NCBI GenBank assembly: GCA_963847445.1
Contig: CAWJZV010000016.1
Span: forward strand, 34,814-98,813
Length of the DNA stretch: 64,000 bases
Reading direction: 5' to 3'
Source: an uncultured delta proteobacterium
Lineage (GTDB): Bacteria; Desulfobacterota; Binatia; UBA9968
The translations under genes were made by a program, and so were the position numbers. Shown piece after piece: positions 40,319-51,247 of the stretch. Each line of letters opens with the position of its first letter. Positions within the stretch are counted from its first letter, which is position 1. A model generated the notes under the pieces. The model was not told the DNA's origin. It ran no database searches and worked only from the letters and a program-made list of their open reading frames with translations.

Positions 40319-40822
40319 CTACTCAAGCTTCCTATCCTCACGTTTGGCTTCAGCCATGGCTTCGGGCTCAAGCTCTTCTGCATAGCGATTCAGGCGTATG
40401 AAAATACCCCAGGCGGCAAGCAGCACGCCAGCTGCGACCAAAATGCTGGCCGCGTAGATCAGCTGCGCCGAATCTTCATGTGCTGCGCGGAAGGTCGCCA
40501 CGAGTCCTTCGATCGCAATTGCCACAACGACTACGACCAGGAACCTAGATAGGAAGCGGCGTACACGAGTGGGTCCGCTGATATGAGCATCGCGCACGAC
40601 CTCTTCTTCAACGATCGTCTGCGCGATCTGGAGCGCCACGACTGCAGCAGCCAGCAGTCCTAGGGCTTCAATGATCTCCTGTGCGGCCGCCCGGTCCATG
40701 CCACCGGCAAAGGCAATCCAGGCCGCTTTCGTCGCAATGGTGATGAGCATGAGCGCAGCGCAAGCGAAAAGTGCCGCCATACATCCGTGGACAATTGAGA
40801 AGGCGAGGGTGAGCAGTTTCAT
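40319..40822 (-). CDS. 4-TM membrane protein of unknown function
   Basis: Hydrophobic helices; TIVEEEV, TRVRRFLSRF, AIEGLV. Confidence 0.7.
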   Translation of the reverse strand: MKLLTLAFSIVHGCMAALFACAALMLITIATKAAWIAFAGGMDRAAAQEIIEALGLLAAAVVALQIAQTIVEEEVVRDAHISGPTRVRRFLSRFLVVVVVAIAIEGLVATFRAAHEDSAQLIYAASILVAAGVLLAAWGIFIRLNRYAEELEPEAMAEAKREDRKLE

Positions 40823-41053
40823 TGGCAGATCGTAACAGAGACAGCGGTGAAGTGGAGTTCGTGCGCCCTAAAACAACCGTTTTTCAGCGAAATCCGTTCA
40901 CGCGAAATTTCAACATACTCGTACAATGCTCCATAGGCATCTTTGCGAGATCTCTGACTGTCTGCTCGACTCATCACTCACTGCTGGCCGAGGACATGGT
41001 TTCTGCGGCGAGCCATCTCAGGTTTCGACTGAAGACGGCTTGCACTATCCGCG

Positions 41054-42124
41054 TCACCGCGCCGGCAGCGGATCACCCCCAGCAACCTTCTGATACAGCT
41101 GCACGACCTCTTTTTCCCGCGGCAATTCTTTGATCGCGCGCTCCAGTTCTTCTCCGTTTAGCGGCGCGGGGCCGTCGCCCATTAATTTTTTAAACTCGAC
41201 GGGAAATTCCGGATCGGCGAAGGACTTGTTCATCGCTTCGCGGATGATCTGTACGCGGTCTTTGGGCGTGCCGGGAGGAAAGATGTAGGGCCAGCGCGGA
41301 TATTGGAAGGCGCGGAACATGTCGAGCAATTTGCGCTCGGTATCGGTCTTGGCAAAGCTGCCAAATTCCGGCAGTTGAGCGAAGCTTGGATGATGGCGGC
41401 CTTTGGGAACCGTCAGCGTAGCGTGGAGATGGATCTGCTTCTTTTCGATCCACTCCGGTTTTTCGATGACGAATCGGGCCGCGCCGGTGGCATGGGCATC
41501 GAGTTCGCCGCGGTCCATCGCTATGTAAATTTCCGGACCGGTGAAGCCGGTGACGAACTTGGGATCTTTCAGGCCGAGGAGATAGGCGATGATGCGCCCT
41601 GTGACATAGACCGGATGGCCGACCGAGTGGGCGCCGAATCTGACACCGCTGGCAGCCCGGAGTTTGGCGAGTGAATCCAAACCCACATCCCCTTTGGTGT
41701 AGAACACATAGGGATCTCCGCCGTCGGTCGAGCCCAGGTATATAAACTTGTCGAGGTCATAGGCGCTGCCCGGCAGTCCCAAGATTGGCCCGACCACCAG
41801 TCCGGCGCCGATGGAGCCGATGGTCAGTCCATCGGGCTTGGTCGTGCTGTAGATGACGTTGGCCGCTTTTCGTCCCGCCGCGCCCTCGATGAATTCAACA
41901 ATGATATGCGGCTTGCCGGGAATGTACTTTTCGAGAAACTTCACCAGCGCTCTGGTCTGAAACTCGCCCGAGCCGCCGGGGCCGCCGCCGCGGACGACCT
42001 TGATGGTTTTGCCCTTGTAGAAATCGGCTTGGGCAAACGCCTGACCCGCGAACAAAATCACCCCGAGCGCGATCAACAACCCATGCGCGCAACCGCGGTG
42101 TGCCAACTTTATGAGCGTATTCAT
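41054..42124 (-). CDS. TctC/Bug-like substrate-binding protein
   Basis: AFAQADFYKGKTI, KPDGLTIG, PPGTPKDRV; paralog of 3128-4204. Confidence 0.8.
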   Translation of the reverse strand: MNTLIKLAHRGCAHGLLIALGVILFAGQAFAQADFYKGKTIKVVRGGGPGGSGEFQTRALVKFLEKYIPGKPHIIVEFIEGAAGRKAANVIYSTTKPDGLTIGSIGAGLVVGPILGLPGSAYDLDKFIYLGSTDGGDPYVFYTKGDVGLDSLAKLRAASGVRFGAHSVGHPVYVTGRIIAYLLGLKDPKFVTGFTGPEIYIAMDRGELDAHATGAARFVIEKPEWIEKKQIHLHATLTVPKGRHHPSFAQLPEFGSFAKTDTERKLLDMFRAFQYPRWPYIFPPGTPKDRVQIIREAMNKSFADPEFPVEFKKLMGDGPAPLNGEELERAIKELPREKEVVQLYQKVAGGDPLPAR

Positions 42125-42421
42125 CAACACCTCCAAATACTTAGTTCAGTAAAATATCAGATCACTTTGCTATTTGCTCTTTAAATTACCCTGTTTCCGA
42201 TATCGCTATCATGCGTTAAGTTATTGCGAAACCGAGGCGCCGCTTGCAGCGAATCGCCGAAACCACGCTAACATAGCTGCTTTTTCGAGCAACCTGGCTC
42301 CCCCGCTCAGTGAAATCTCCCATTATTCTCGGTCAAGCGTCAAGCCGCTGGGGACAAACGCCATAAAGAATTCCTTGGGGCCGCCGATACTATTTCAGAG
42401 TGATATCACTGGCCGCTCGTC

Positions 42422-43639
42422 ATGATCAAAAAAATCAAAGTTGAGCAACTAAAACCTGGGGTATTTGTCCACGATTTCAATTGCGGATGGTTGCATCATC
42501 CGTTCCTCACCGACCGCACCAAGCTCAAGACTGACAAACAGATTCAGAAAGTTGTCGGCTACGGCATCCGAGAACTGTACATCGACACCGACAAGGGGGT
42601 GGACATCGATGACGCGCCGACACAGCGGGAAGCGGATCAGGAAATTCAACGCGAGTTTGTCCAACTCAACGCCCCCGCGGCGGGACCGAGCGATAGCAGC
42701 GGTTTCAAAGCAGAACTTATCCGGGCGAAACAGCTGATCGCCGAGGCAAAACTAACGACCCAAAAGCTCATGCAAGACGTCAGGCTCGGCAAGCGCATGG
42801 AGATGAACCAAGTTGAGCGTACAGTCGACAAAATGACCGAATCGGTCTTGCGCAACAAAGACGCGTTGGCCAGCCTGCTACGCATCAAAGAGGTCGATGA
42901 GTACACCTATTTGCACTCGATTTCGGTGTCCGCCCTGTGCATCTCCTTCGCTCAAGGCCTTGGTCTCGATTCCACAAAAATCAAGCAAATCGGTATCGGC
43001 GGCTTACTTCATGACATCGGGAAAATGAAAGTGCCTCTAAATATCCTCAATAAACCGGGACCTCTTTCGGAAAAAGAATTCGAAATAATGAAGCGCCATG
43101 TCAAAGACGGCGAGTCTACGCTGCTACAGTATCCCAACCTCGATCGAAGTTGCACTTGTGTAACCTCACATCACCACGAGCGCTTGGACGGCACTGGCTA
43201 CCCGGACGGTTTAAAGGGAGACGAAATCAGTGAATTTGGTCAGATTGCTGCGATCGTCGATATCTACGATGCTCTAAGCTCTGAACGGTGCTACAAACAC
43301 GCCATGCCGCCCACCGAGGCGCTAAAAAAATTGTATGAGTGGAGCCACAGCTACTTGAATCGCGAGCTGGTCGAGAAGTTTGTCGCGCATCTTGGCATCT
43401 ATCCGATCGGCAGCCTCGTCCGTCTGGAAAATTCCTTGTTAGCTGTAGTGGTCGACCACGGCGCAAAAAACCTGCTTCACCCCATCGTGCGCGCAGTTTA
43501 TGACGTCAAAAAAGCCTCGAAGCTTGAGCCCTACGATATTGTCCTTGCTGGTCAAATCAACGCAGGGAATCCCTACGGCATCGTCGCTTGCGAGTCCCCG
43601 GATAAATGGCAGATCAAGCCGATGGATTACTTGTATTAG
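42422..43639 (+). CDS. HD-GYP c-di-GMP phosphodiesterase with DUF3391-like N-terminus
   Basis: IKVEQLKPGVFV; YTYLHS; LLHDIGK; HHERLDGTGYP; YPIGSLV. Confidence 0.9.
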   Translation: MIKKIKVEQLKPGVFVHDFNCGWLHHPFLTDRTKLKTDKQIQKVVGYGIRELYIDTDKGVDIDDAPTQREADQEIQREFVQLNAPAAGPSDSSGFKAELIRAKQLIAEAKLTTQKLMQDVRLGKRMEMNQVERTVDKMTESVLRNKDALASLLRIKEVDEYTYLHSISVSALCISFAQGLGLDSTKIKQIGIGGLLHDIGKMKVPLNILNKPGPLSEKEFEIMKRHVKDGESTLLQYPNLDRSCTCVTSHHHERLDGTGYPDGLKGDEISEFGQIAAIVDIYDALSSERCYKHAMPPTEALKKLYEWSHSYLNRELVEKFVAHLGIYPIGSLVRLENSLLAVVVDHGAKNLLHPIVRAVYDVKKASKLEPYDIVLAGQINAGNPYGIVACESPDKWQIKPMDYLY

Positions 43640-43736
43640 CCGGTTCGAATTCCGCCCATATCATCATTCGTATCTACGACAACCTAGCGAGTGCGAACAG
43701 CGGTAGAGCGATGTCGTAAAACCAGATCGTTCAGAT

Positions 43737-44714
43737 TCATCGACCCCAAAGCTTTTTCACGAATCCTTCTTCTTCCAGCCGCTTAAGATAGCGATCATTG
43801 ACATAAACCTTAGCGTCGATGCCACGCGCTTTGGGATTGCTCTCGGCGATCTGGGCGACGACCGCTTGCATCGCGTCCACCGAGGGATAGGGAACATTCG
43901 CCAGCTGATTGACGAAGTAGTCGTAGCCTTCTTGCAGCGCTTTGAGATTGTTGACCCGCGTGAACTGTCCCAACGCCTTAACCGAATACTCCCGTTCAGT
44001 TTTGAGAATCTTGATCGCTTCAAGATAGGCGCGTAGGAAGTTCATCACTCTGGCGTCCTGCTTGTCGAGAAACCGCCGGCTGCCCAGCAGGCCGGTGTTG
44101 AAAAAAGGTATATTCATCTTCACCGAGTCGGCGAGCACGCTGAGCTTCAAGCGCTCGGCCTCGCTGCTGAACGGCGCGTTGACCACCGTGCCGTCGACAT
44201 TGCCGGAAGTGATCGCGGCGATGCGCGCCGGCTCGTCGCCGATTTGCAGGATCGTCGCTTCTTTCACCGGATCGATGCCGACGCGCTTGAGCATGGCGCG
44301 CATGCCGAAGTCGGCGGACGAACCGTAGCGGCTAACGGCGAATTTCTTGCCCTTCAATTGCTCGATCGACTTGATATCCGGGCGGGCGATCAGCTGATAA
44401 TTCAGCTTGTCGAGCAAGCCGGCGAAGTAAACGATATCGGCGCCTTCGAGATTGGCCGCCACGCCGGGCGCGCCGCTCAATTGCGACAGATCGAGATTGC
44501 CGGAGACCAGCACCTGGACGTTGGTCGAGCCGCCGGGAATATAGATCGCCTCGGTAGTGAGTCCATACTTGGCGAATAAGCCGCGGTCCTTGCCGATATG
44601 CACCAGCCCCGACTGCAAGCTGATGGAGCCCAGACCGACGCGGATCTTGTCTTGGGCCTGCGTTTGGCTAATTGTTACGAGCGGAATTAGCAGCAATAAA
44701 AACAATTTCTTCAT
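43737..44714 (-). CDS. ABC substrate-binding protein, NMT1/THI5-like
   Basis: Signal peptide; RGLFAKYGL; QLKGKKFAVSRYGS. Confidence 0.85.
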   Translation of the reverse strand: MKKLFLLLLIPLVTISQTQAQDKIRVGLGSISLQSGLVHIGKDRGLFAKYGLTTEAIYIPGGSTNVQVLVSGNLDLSQLSGAPGVAANLEGADIVYFAGLLDKLNYQLIARPDIKSIEQLKGKKFAVSRYGSSADFGMRAMLKRVGIDPVKEATILQIGDEPARIAAITSGNVDGTVVNAPFSSEAERLKLSVLADSVKMNIPFFNTGLLGSRRFLDKQDARVMNFLRAYLEAIKILKTEREYSVKALGQFTRVNNLKALQEGYDYFVNQLANVPYPSVDAMQAVVAQIAESNPKARGIDAKVYVNDRYLKRLEEEGFVKKLWGR

Positions 44715-44851
44715 GGCGCCCTAGTACCACAACATCCCGCCGGCTGCCAACGGACGCTTAGCCAAACATTTTCCCTTTGCGCCTAAGCGCCTTCGCGGGA
44801 TATATTCCGGTCCATTCGCTTTGATGAACCATCATTACCAGGAGGCAAAAT

Positions 44852-45055
44852 ATGGCAGTAACGGTCAAAGCACTCAAAGACGGGCCGTACGAGGTCGCCG
44901 GCGGCGCCAAGCTGCAAGATGTCAACGGCAAGGAATATGTCGAGAGCGCCCTCGATCCGCTGTACCTTTGCCGCTGCGGCCAGTCGCGCAACCGACCGTT
45001 CTGCGACGGTTCGCACAAAGACGCCGGCTTCAAATCGGACGACACGGCGAAGTAA
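44852..45055 (+). CDS. CDGSH iron-sulfur domain protein
   Basis: LCRCGQSRNRPFCDGSH. Confidence 0.92.
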   Translation: MAVTVKALKDGPYEVAGGAKLQDVNGKEYVESALDPLYLCRCGQSRNRPFCDGSHKDAGFKSDDTAK

Positions 45056-45066
45056 CGAACACAATT

Positions 45067-45135
45067 CCCATTACTCCAACACTCCAATACTCCTACGGGC
45101 AAGTACAGTTGGAGTGATGGAGTAATGGAGTGTTG
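45067..45135. repeat. TGGAGTRW octamer repeat element (arms in reverse order)
   Basis: CCATTACTCCAACACTCCAATACTCC...TTGGAGTGATGGAGTAATGGAGTGTTGG. Confidence 0.7.
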
Positions 45136-45195
45136 GTAAAACTACAAAGAGCAACCGAGAATACTCACACTAAATTTTGGCAGGGGGAATTCACC

Positions 45196-45924
45196 ATGCA
45201 AGGAAAAGTTGTCATCGTTACCGGCGGCGCCAAAGGGATTGGCAGGCACGCCGCGCACACATTGGCTAAAGCCGGCGCCAAAGTGGTTCTCGCCGACGCC
45301 GACGCCGAGCGGCTGCACAAAACTCTCGGCGAGATTCAAAAGCTCGGCGCCGCAGCGCTCGCCGTGCCCACCGACGTGCGCGACGAGAAGGACGTGCGCC
45401 AGATGGTTTACAAAGTCGCCGACCGTTTCGGCCAGATCGACGCGCTGATCAACGACGCCGGTATCGTGCCGCACTTCAATTGGGGCATCCCGCGCTGGCC
45501 GCGAGTGCGCAACCTGAGCTACGACTTTTGGAACGCGGTCATTCAAACCAATCTCGGCGGGACGTTTCTCTGCAGCAAATACGTTCTGCCGTTCATGGAA
45601 GAGCAGCGGTCGGGCAACATCGTCAATCTCTGGGGCGGCGGCCGGCCGGAAAACCACGGCGCTTCGCCCTATGTCGTCAGCAAGGACGCCATCCGCACGT
45701 TCACCAAATATCTCGCCGAAGAAGAGCGCGAATGGAACGTCTGCGTCGTCGCCTTCAGTCCGAAGCAAGCGATCGCTACGGAAGACGCGCCTGAGGAAGC
45801 ACGCCAACGTCTCCCCGCACCCGATAGCCTCGGCAACGGTTTTGTCCTCGCCGCCCAAGCGACCATGGAGATGACCGGGAAAACCGTCGAACACCGCGAT
45901 GGCCAGTTGGTGGCGGTGGATTAA
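45196..45924 (+). CDS. SDR family oxidoreductase
   Basis: TGGAKGIG; INDAG; YVVSK. Confidence 0.88.
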   Translation: MQGKVVIVTGGAKGIGRHAAHTLAKAGAKVVLADADAERLHKTLGEIQKLGAAALAVPTDVRDEKDVRQMVYKVADRFGQIDALINDAGIVPHFNWGIPRWPRVRNLSYDFWNAVIQTNLGGTFLCSKYVLPFMEEQRSGNIVNLWGGGRPENHGASPYVVSKDAIRTFTKYLAEEEREWNVCVVAFSPKQAIATEDAPEEARQRLPAPDSLGNGFVLAAQATMEMTGKTVEHRDGQLVAVD

Positions 45925-45989
45925 ACCAGAATGGGTTCACCGCGCGCCGCGCGTTTGAAGAAAAATACGGCGAGGCCTACCGGCAATGG

Positions 45990-46455
45990 TGGTCGCCGCA
46001 GATTCGACTGCGCGACATGGACAAGTATGGCTGGGACATTCAGGTGCTCTTGCCGAGCGGCAACAACGGCAACTGGAGCGTTTTCCGAAATTGCGTCTAG
46101 CGATTCTCAAATCGAACTCGGGCTGGCTGCCGTTTTGGCTTGGCCGCATGGACGACCACACCCATGGCCGCAACAGCGTCATGGGCAAATCGGAGAACTT
46201 GAAACTACGGCCGACTGAATATTTCATGCGCCAGTGCAGCGTCTCCTGCGACAGCGACGAACGCGCGCTCAAACCTGTGGTCGAAGAATTGAACGGCGAG
46301 AACATCGTCTGGAACACCGACTACCCGCATCCCGACGCCATTGAACCGGAACGCGCCCTGCCCGATTTCGATGGCCAACCGACCTCAAGTGAAGCCAAAC
46401 GAAAAATCTCTGGGACAACGCCGTCAAACTCTACGGCCCGCGAGTCGCCGGCTGA
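45990..46455 (+). pseudogene. amidohydrolase_2 C-terminal fragment
   Basis: LERFPKLRLAIL...GWLPFWLGRMD...PTEYFMRQC...WNTDYPHPD; N-terminus missing, C-terminus frameshifted. Confidence 0.65.
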
Positions 46456-46883
46456 GAGCGGCCGCAACCAAAGCTGAAAGAAAGTTTTCACCACGGAGGC
46501 ACGAAGAACACGAAGGGTTCGAATGATTAATATTTCTACCTTCGTGCTCTTCGTGCTACTATCCTGAACAGCTCGTGCAGCGATGCATCTGCGCACGATA
46601 TCGACTCTCGATGTCCGTCAATACCGGAGAAGGCGGGTTATCCAACTGCCGCACACTCGCGAATGTTCGGCGCGACGGATGCATTATCTTGAGGAGTCTT
46701 ACGTTAGGTTACGGCTTTGCGGCCTATGCGTCTTTCGAGAGAGTCAGTTCGGTTACGATCACGTTCACTTCGTGGTGAATCATTCTTTTACGCGGTTACC
46801 GCTGTGTCAACATCCGGCACCGCCAGAATCAGTTTGACCTCCACCGCTTAGTTTTGTATTAACAACACTCCAGGAGGTGACCC

Positions 46884-47300
46884 ATGATTGAGATTCTCGA
46901 CCAAATGAAAGAAATGATCGACCCGGCGCTGGCCAACGGCTGTCCCTGCATCCTCGCCACGGTTTCCGCCGACGGTGAACCGGATATTGGCTACAAGGGC
47001 AGCATGATGGTGTTCGACAAGCAGTCGCTGGCTTATTTGGAGCGCACCAAGCGGGTGCATTTGAAGAATCTCAAGGAGAACCCCAAAGTCATCGTGCTGT
47101 TCCGCGATGCCAAAACCAAAGTGGCCTGGCGCTTTCACGGCACCGCCCAATTGCATGAATCAGGACCGATCTGGGAGCAAGGCATGGCGCGCACCGTCAA
47201 AGAGGAGCTCGATAAAGATCCCGAGCGCAAGGGCATCATCGTGCAAATCCACCTCGATAAGATCAGCAACATGGGCGGCCAGGTCTTGCAAAGTCGCTAG
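46884..47300 (+). CDS. pyridoxamine 5'-phosphate oxidase-like flavin-binding protein
   Basis: ILATVSADGEPDIGYKGS, KNLKENPKV, RFHGTA. Confidence 0.8.
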   Translation: MIEILDQMKEMIDPALANGCPCILATVSADGEPDIGYKGSMMVFDKQSLAYLERTKRVHLKNLKENPKVIVLFRDAKTKVAWRFHGTAQLHESGPIWEQGMARTVKEELDKDPERKGIIVQIHLDKISNMGGQVLQSR

Positions 47301-47385
47301 TGCGGATGATCGAGCGAACGTATTCGTGGTTATGAGATCTGTAATCTGAAATTTGCCATTCGAGATCGCGCCCCAGCGCGCGATC

Positions 47386-48448
47386 TCACGCCCCCTCGCC
47401 GGCCTCTTCGCGGTAGAGCTTCAGTGCTTCCATAACCGGCAAGTCGCTTACTGAGAACAGAATCGCCTCTTCGCTTGCCGAGCGGTTCTGATGGCTGTGC
47501 CACGCCCATAACGGCACGACAAAACAATCCCCCTGCGCCCATTCGAATCGCTGCCCATCGATTATCGTCGCGCCATTGCCTCTGAAAGCGTGATAGACGA
47601 CGCTGTAATTGTGCCGGTGCGTCTGGGTCGCTTCGCTGGGGCGGAGCATTTGCATGGCACATGACATGGTCGGCATGGTGTGGCCACCCTCAGGGTTGAC
47701 GTACTCGAGCGCGACGCCGTCGAACCGACTGCATGGCCCGTCGCTAAGATGCTGCAACTTCTCGTAGGTGTCTTGCCATTTGTAATGCAGGTTATAACTC
47801 GGACGCTCGGTGGCTTTTTCCCACACCGGCCGGGTCATCCCGATGCGCGGCGCGGTATGATCGGAGCGTTCTTTGATCGGCTGGAGCCCGCCGGGATAGG
47901 CTTCCCACGTGATCGCCTGGAGCAAAAACAGCAGCGGATTATCGAGGCCGTCCAACCACACCACCGGTTCGCCGCCGTTGCGGTGGCCATGCCAAGTCAT
48001 CGACGGCGTGAGAATCAGGTCGCCTTCGTCCATGGGAATCTCTTCGCCTTCGACGACCGTGTAGGCGCCGCGGCCTTTGAGGATGAAGCGGAAGGCGGCG
48101 AAATTATGCCGGTGATCGTGGGCGATCTCGCCGGGCTTGAGCAGCTGCAACGTCATCAGCATGGTGTGCGTGGTGGTGCGCTGGCGGCGATTGTGCTGCT
48201 GCAAGTAGGCCGGATTGATCAACCGCAGCACGCGCCGTTCCGCCTTGCCGTCGAGACCGTGCATATTGGCGACGGTTTGAATGGCGTCGTAGAGCGCCGG
48301 CCATTTCCACACATGGGGCAACACGGTCGTGTGCGGGTCTTTGCTGTAGGTCGCCATGTCGGCATCGGACGCCGGCGCCCACAGCCCTTCGACGCTCAAG
48401 CTCGCGCAGCTTCTCATCGAGTTCACGCAGCAATTGTTCTTCAGACAT
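47386..48448 (-). CDS. gentisate 1,2-dioxygenase-like bicupin (frameshift near 48395)
   Basis: MSEEQLLRELDEKLREL-SVEGLW; PHVWKW; AERRVLRLINP; HRHNFAAFRF...WHGH; second HRH. Confidence 0.82.
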
Positions 48449-48469
48449 GCTCGACTCCTCGAGGTTCTA

Positions 48470-48785
48470 TGGTGTCCGCAGTCGGACTGTTCACCACGAA
48501 GGACACGAAGAGCACAGAGTTCGGTATTTTTGTCATCTGAAACCTTCGTGTCCTTCTTACTACTATCCCTGATAGTTCGCCTGGCCCCTCGGATTCGGAA
48601 ATTCCTCTCGCCAAGGCGCAAAGACGCAAAGTTCGGTGGGAAAATAACATTGCACAAACGAATTCACTTCCTCTTATCCGATCTTTGCGACTTGGCGCCT
48701 TTGCGAGAGATATTCCGAGACCGACCGGTGCGCGAAGCGCACCCTACGAAATCCTTCGTGTCCTTCGTGCCTTCGTGGTGAGATT
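48470..48785. repeat. mosaic intergenic repeat region
   Basis: CACGAAGGACACGAAG / CTTCGTGTCCTTCGTG motifs (also ~46490, ~49830); GCGCCTTTGCGAGAGATATT (also ~5692); REP-like CGGTGCGCGAAGCGCACCCTAC. Confidence 0.6.
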
Positions 48786-48819
48786 AATCTTCTCTCCATC
48801 TGACTCCATGCCCACTCAA

Positions 48820-49804
48820 CTACGGCCTTCTGATCCCCAGCTCCCGCTGGGCGTCTTGCAGCGGCAGCGGATCGACAATTTCACTCAACGGTACGTCGCG
48901 GGTCAGCTTGAGCTCAGTCTTGGCTTGCTCCAACACCAGCCGTAATCCTTCGGGCGAAATATTTCCGTCCGGACTGAAAACCTTCCAGGCCGAGTCATAG
49001 GACGCCAGCGCATGCTCGCGTTCGATCTTGGCCCAGTCGACGAGCACGCGCACCGCGCCCTCTTTGTCGTCGCGGATGAAACGATTGGCGCGCACCAATG
49101 CCTTGGTCACTCGGCGAACCTCCAGCGGCCGCTCTTTCAACGATTTGAGATTAGTCCCGACACCGAGAAACGGGAAGCTGAAATGCTCATGAGCCCGCGT
49201 CAGCACGTTGAAGCCCATCTGCCGGCCCATGGTATCCCCCGGCGGCGAGATGATCGCGACGTCCACCAGCCCTTCTTTAAGCGCAGCCAGACGGGCCCGG
49301 TCGGTTCCCAGGGCGATGAACTTGAGCTCCCGCTCCGGGTCGATCCCCTGGGCTTTGAGAATCAGTTTCGACAGCACTTCGTCGGTGCCGCCGAAGTTGG
49401 CGATGCCGACGGTCTTGCCTTTTAAATCTTTGAGCGTCTTGTACTCAGCGCGGGCGATCAACGCGTAGGTCGGGCTGTCGAGCAGACTCGCCAGCGCGCG
49501 GATCGGCAGACCGCGCAGCGCCGCGCGCACCACCGAGCCGAACAGCAGCGTGTAACCGACATCGCCGGTCATCATCGCCGTCAAAGTGGTCGGCGTGTTC
49601 ATGCGAATCACTTCCACCTCCAGCCCCTCGTCCTTGAAGAAGCCCCTTGATCGCCACGCCGACAGGCAAATAGGACAGATTGAAATTAGTCACCGCGATG
49701 CGCGCCTTTCTCGCGCGCGCGCGAATGAGGCGTGAGACCGGCGCGCAAATAAGCGACGCAAATCGTGTCAAACCAGACAATTGTTTTACCAAGTTTGTCT
49801 TCAT
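48820..49804 (-). CDS. ABC substrate-binding protein, NMT1/THI5-like (frameshift near 49645)
   Basis: GFFKDEGLEVEVI; SVVRAALRGLP; LKLTRDVPLSEI; paralog of 11811-12764. Confidence 0.8.
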
Positions 49805-49872
49805 GGCGTAGTTAGGTATTGCTCCGAACTTCGTGTCCTTCGTGCCTTCGTGGTGAAATCCTAATCCGACGT

Positions 49873-50985
49873 TCAGCTCGCCGCCTTATACACCGGCCCC
49901 ATCTGGCTCGCGACGCCGCGCTTGCCGAGCTCCGCTTCGAACATGGCGCGAATGCGCGGGTCTTCATCCTCATACTCGATCTGATCGCCGCCGAGCTTGA
50001 CGCTTTCCGAAGTGCCCCACTGTTTGCGCAAGCCGGGAAACTTGCGGCTGCTGAACGGCTTCAACGCCAGGTAGCGCGCCGGTTCGCCGCCGGCGTTGAA
50101 GTGCTGGTGGAACTGGCGTTCCGGCGGCACCATCAGAGTGCCGGCGCGCCAGTTGTAGCGCTTGATATCCTCGCCTTCCTTCCACATGACCGAGAAACCT
50201 TCGCCCTTGAGAATGATCACATGGGCGCCGGCGCCATGGCGGTGCGCCTTCTTGTACGTCCCCACGGGAAACTGCGAGATATGCGCCGACATGACGTTGT
50301 TCGACATCTCGATCATTAACATTTTACCGCCGGCGCCGCGGTCGTTGCGTTCCGGCAACTCGTAGCTGCGCACGTCGCGAATAAAGTTGGTATCGTGAAA
50401 TCCCTCGCCGGGGATCTTCGCCTGGCCACTGAAGAAATCCTCTTCGCCGGCATAGCGGTCGGCGAACCGGTAGTCGCAGTTAAAGACGAAATCGATGTTG
50501 TGGTAGAGATTGAGCACGGTCGGCGCATTGGTCATCGCCAGCAGCCGCACCGGTTTATCGCCCTGGCCGTTGAAATGCTGGTACCAAGCGTTGAGCGGCG
50601 GCGAGAACAGCGAGCCTTCGCCCCATTCGAAGGTCTGCTTCTTGCCGTCCGCTTGCCAGATGGTCGTCGCGCCATGGCCGCTGACGACGTAGATCAGCGC
50701 TTCGAACATATGCTTCTGCGGCTCGAGCGACTTGCCCGGAGCGATTTCACAAATATAGCAGTTGTTGACCCCTTCCGAGCCGTCGAGATTGAGATAGACG
50801 CCGCGCCCGCCGACCCGCGGCCAGGGCGACAAATCGACGTGATTGATGTCCTCGATATGAAAGCCGCCCACGGCCGGCACGCCTTCGCGTTCGAGAAAAA
50901 GTTGATAGGTCGTGTGCGCGCCCAGCTCGTTGCCGGCGCGGGTTAACTTGGGAGAAACACCAGCGTTCGCCATGAGATAGCCCAC
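49873..50985 (-). CDS. bicupin domain protein
   Basis: QKHMFEALIY...WYQHFN and HRHGAGAH...FHQHFN. Confidence 0.8.
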   Translation of the reverse strand: MGYLMANAGVSPKLTRAGNELGAHTTYQLFLEREGVPAVGGFHIEDINHVDLSPWPRVGGRGVYLNLDGSEGVNNCYICEIAPGKSLEPQKHMFEALIYVVSGHGATTIWQADGKKQTFEWGEGSLFSPPLNAWYQHFNGQGDKPVRLLAMTNAPTVLNLYHNIDFVFNCDYRFADRYAGEEDFFSGQAKIPGEGFHDTNFIRDVRSYELPERNDRGAGGKMLMIEMSNNVMSAHISQFPVGTYKKAHRHGAGAHVIILKGEGFSVMWKEGEDIKRYNWRAGTLMVPPERQFHQHFNAGGEPARYLALKPFSSRKFPGLRKQWGTSESVKLGGDQIEYEDEDPRIRAMFEAELGKRGVASQMGPVYKAAS

Positions 50986-51247
50986 CCTTCAATTGCCGAG
51001 AATTTTTTTAATCAACCGGGCATTTCGCGATCGGGGTATGAACCCCGCTCGCGACCAAAGGGGATGTTCAACCCCCTTTGGAAACCCCAGCAATTTTGTC
51101 CCCGCAGCAAGCTGCGGGGAATATTAGATTCACAGTCCTTCTATCTATTACGCCGATTCGAGAGCGGTCAAGGGGCTGGGAAGTGTATTCAAACTATACG
51201 AAGCTAAAAGAACCGCAGATGCTGACACTCACCGGGTTTTGCTTACC

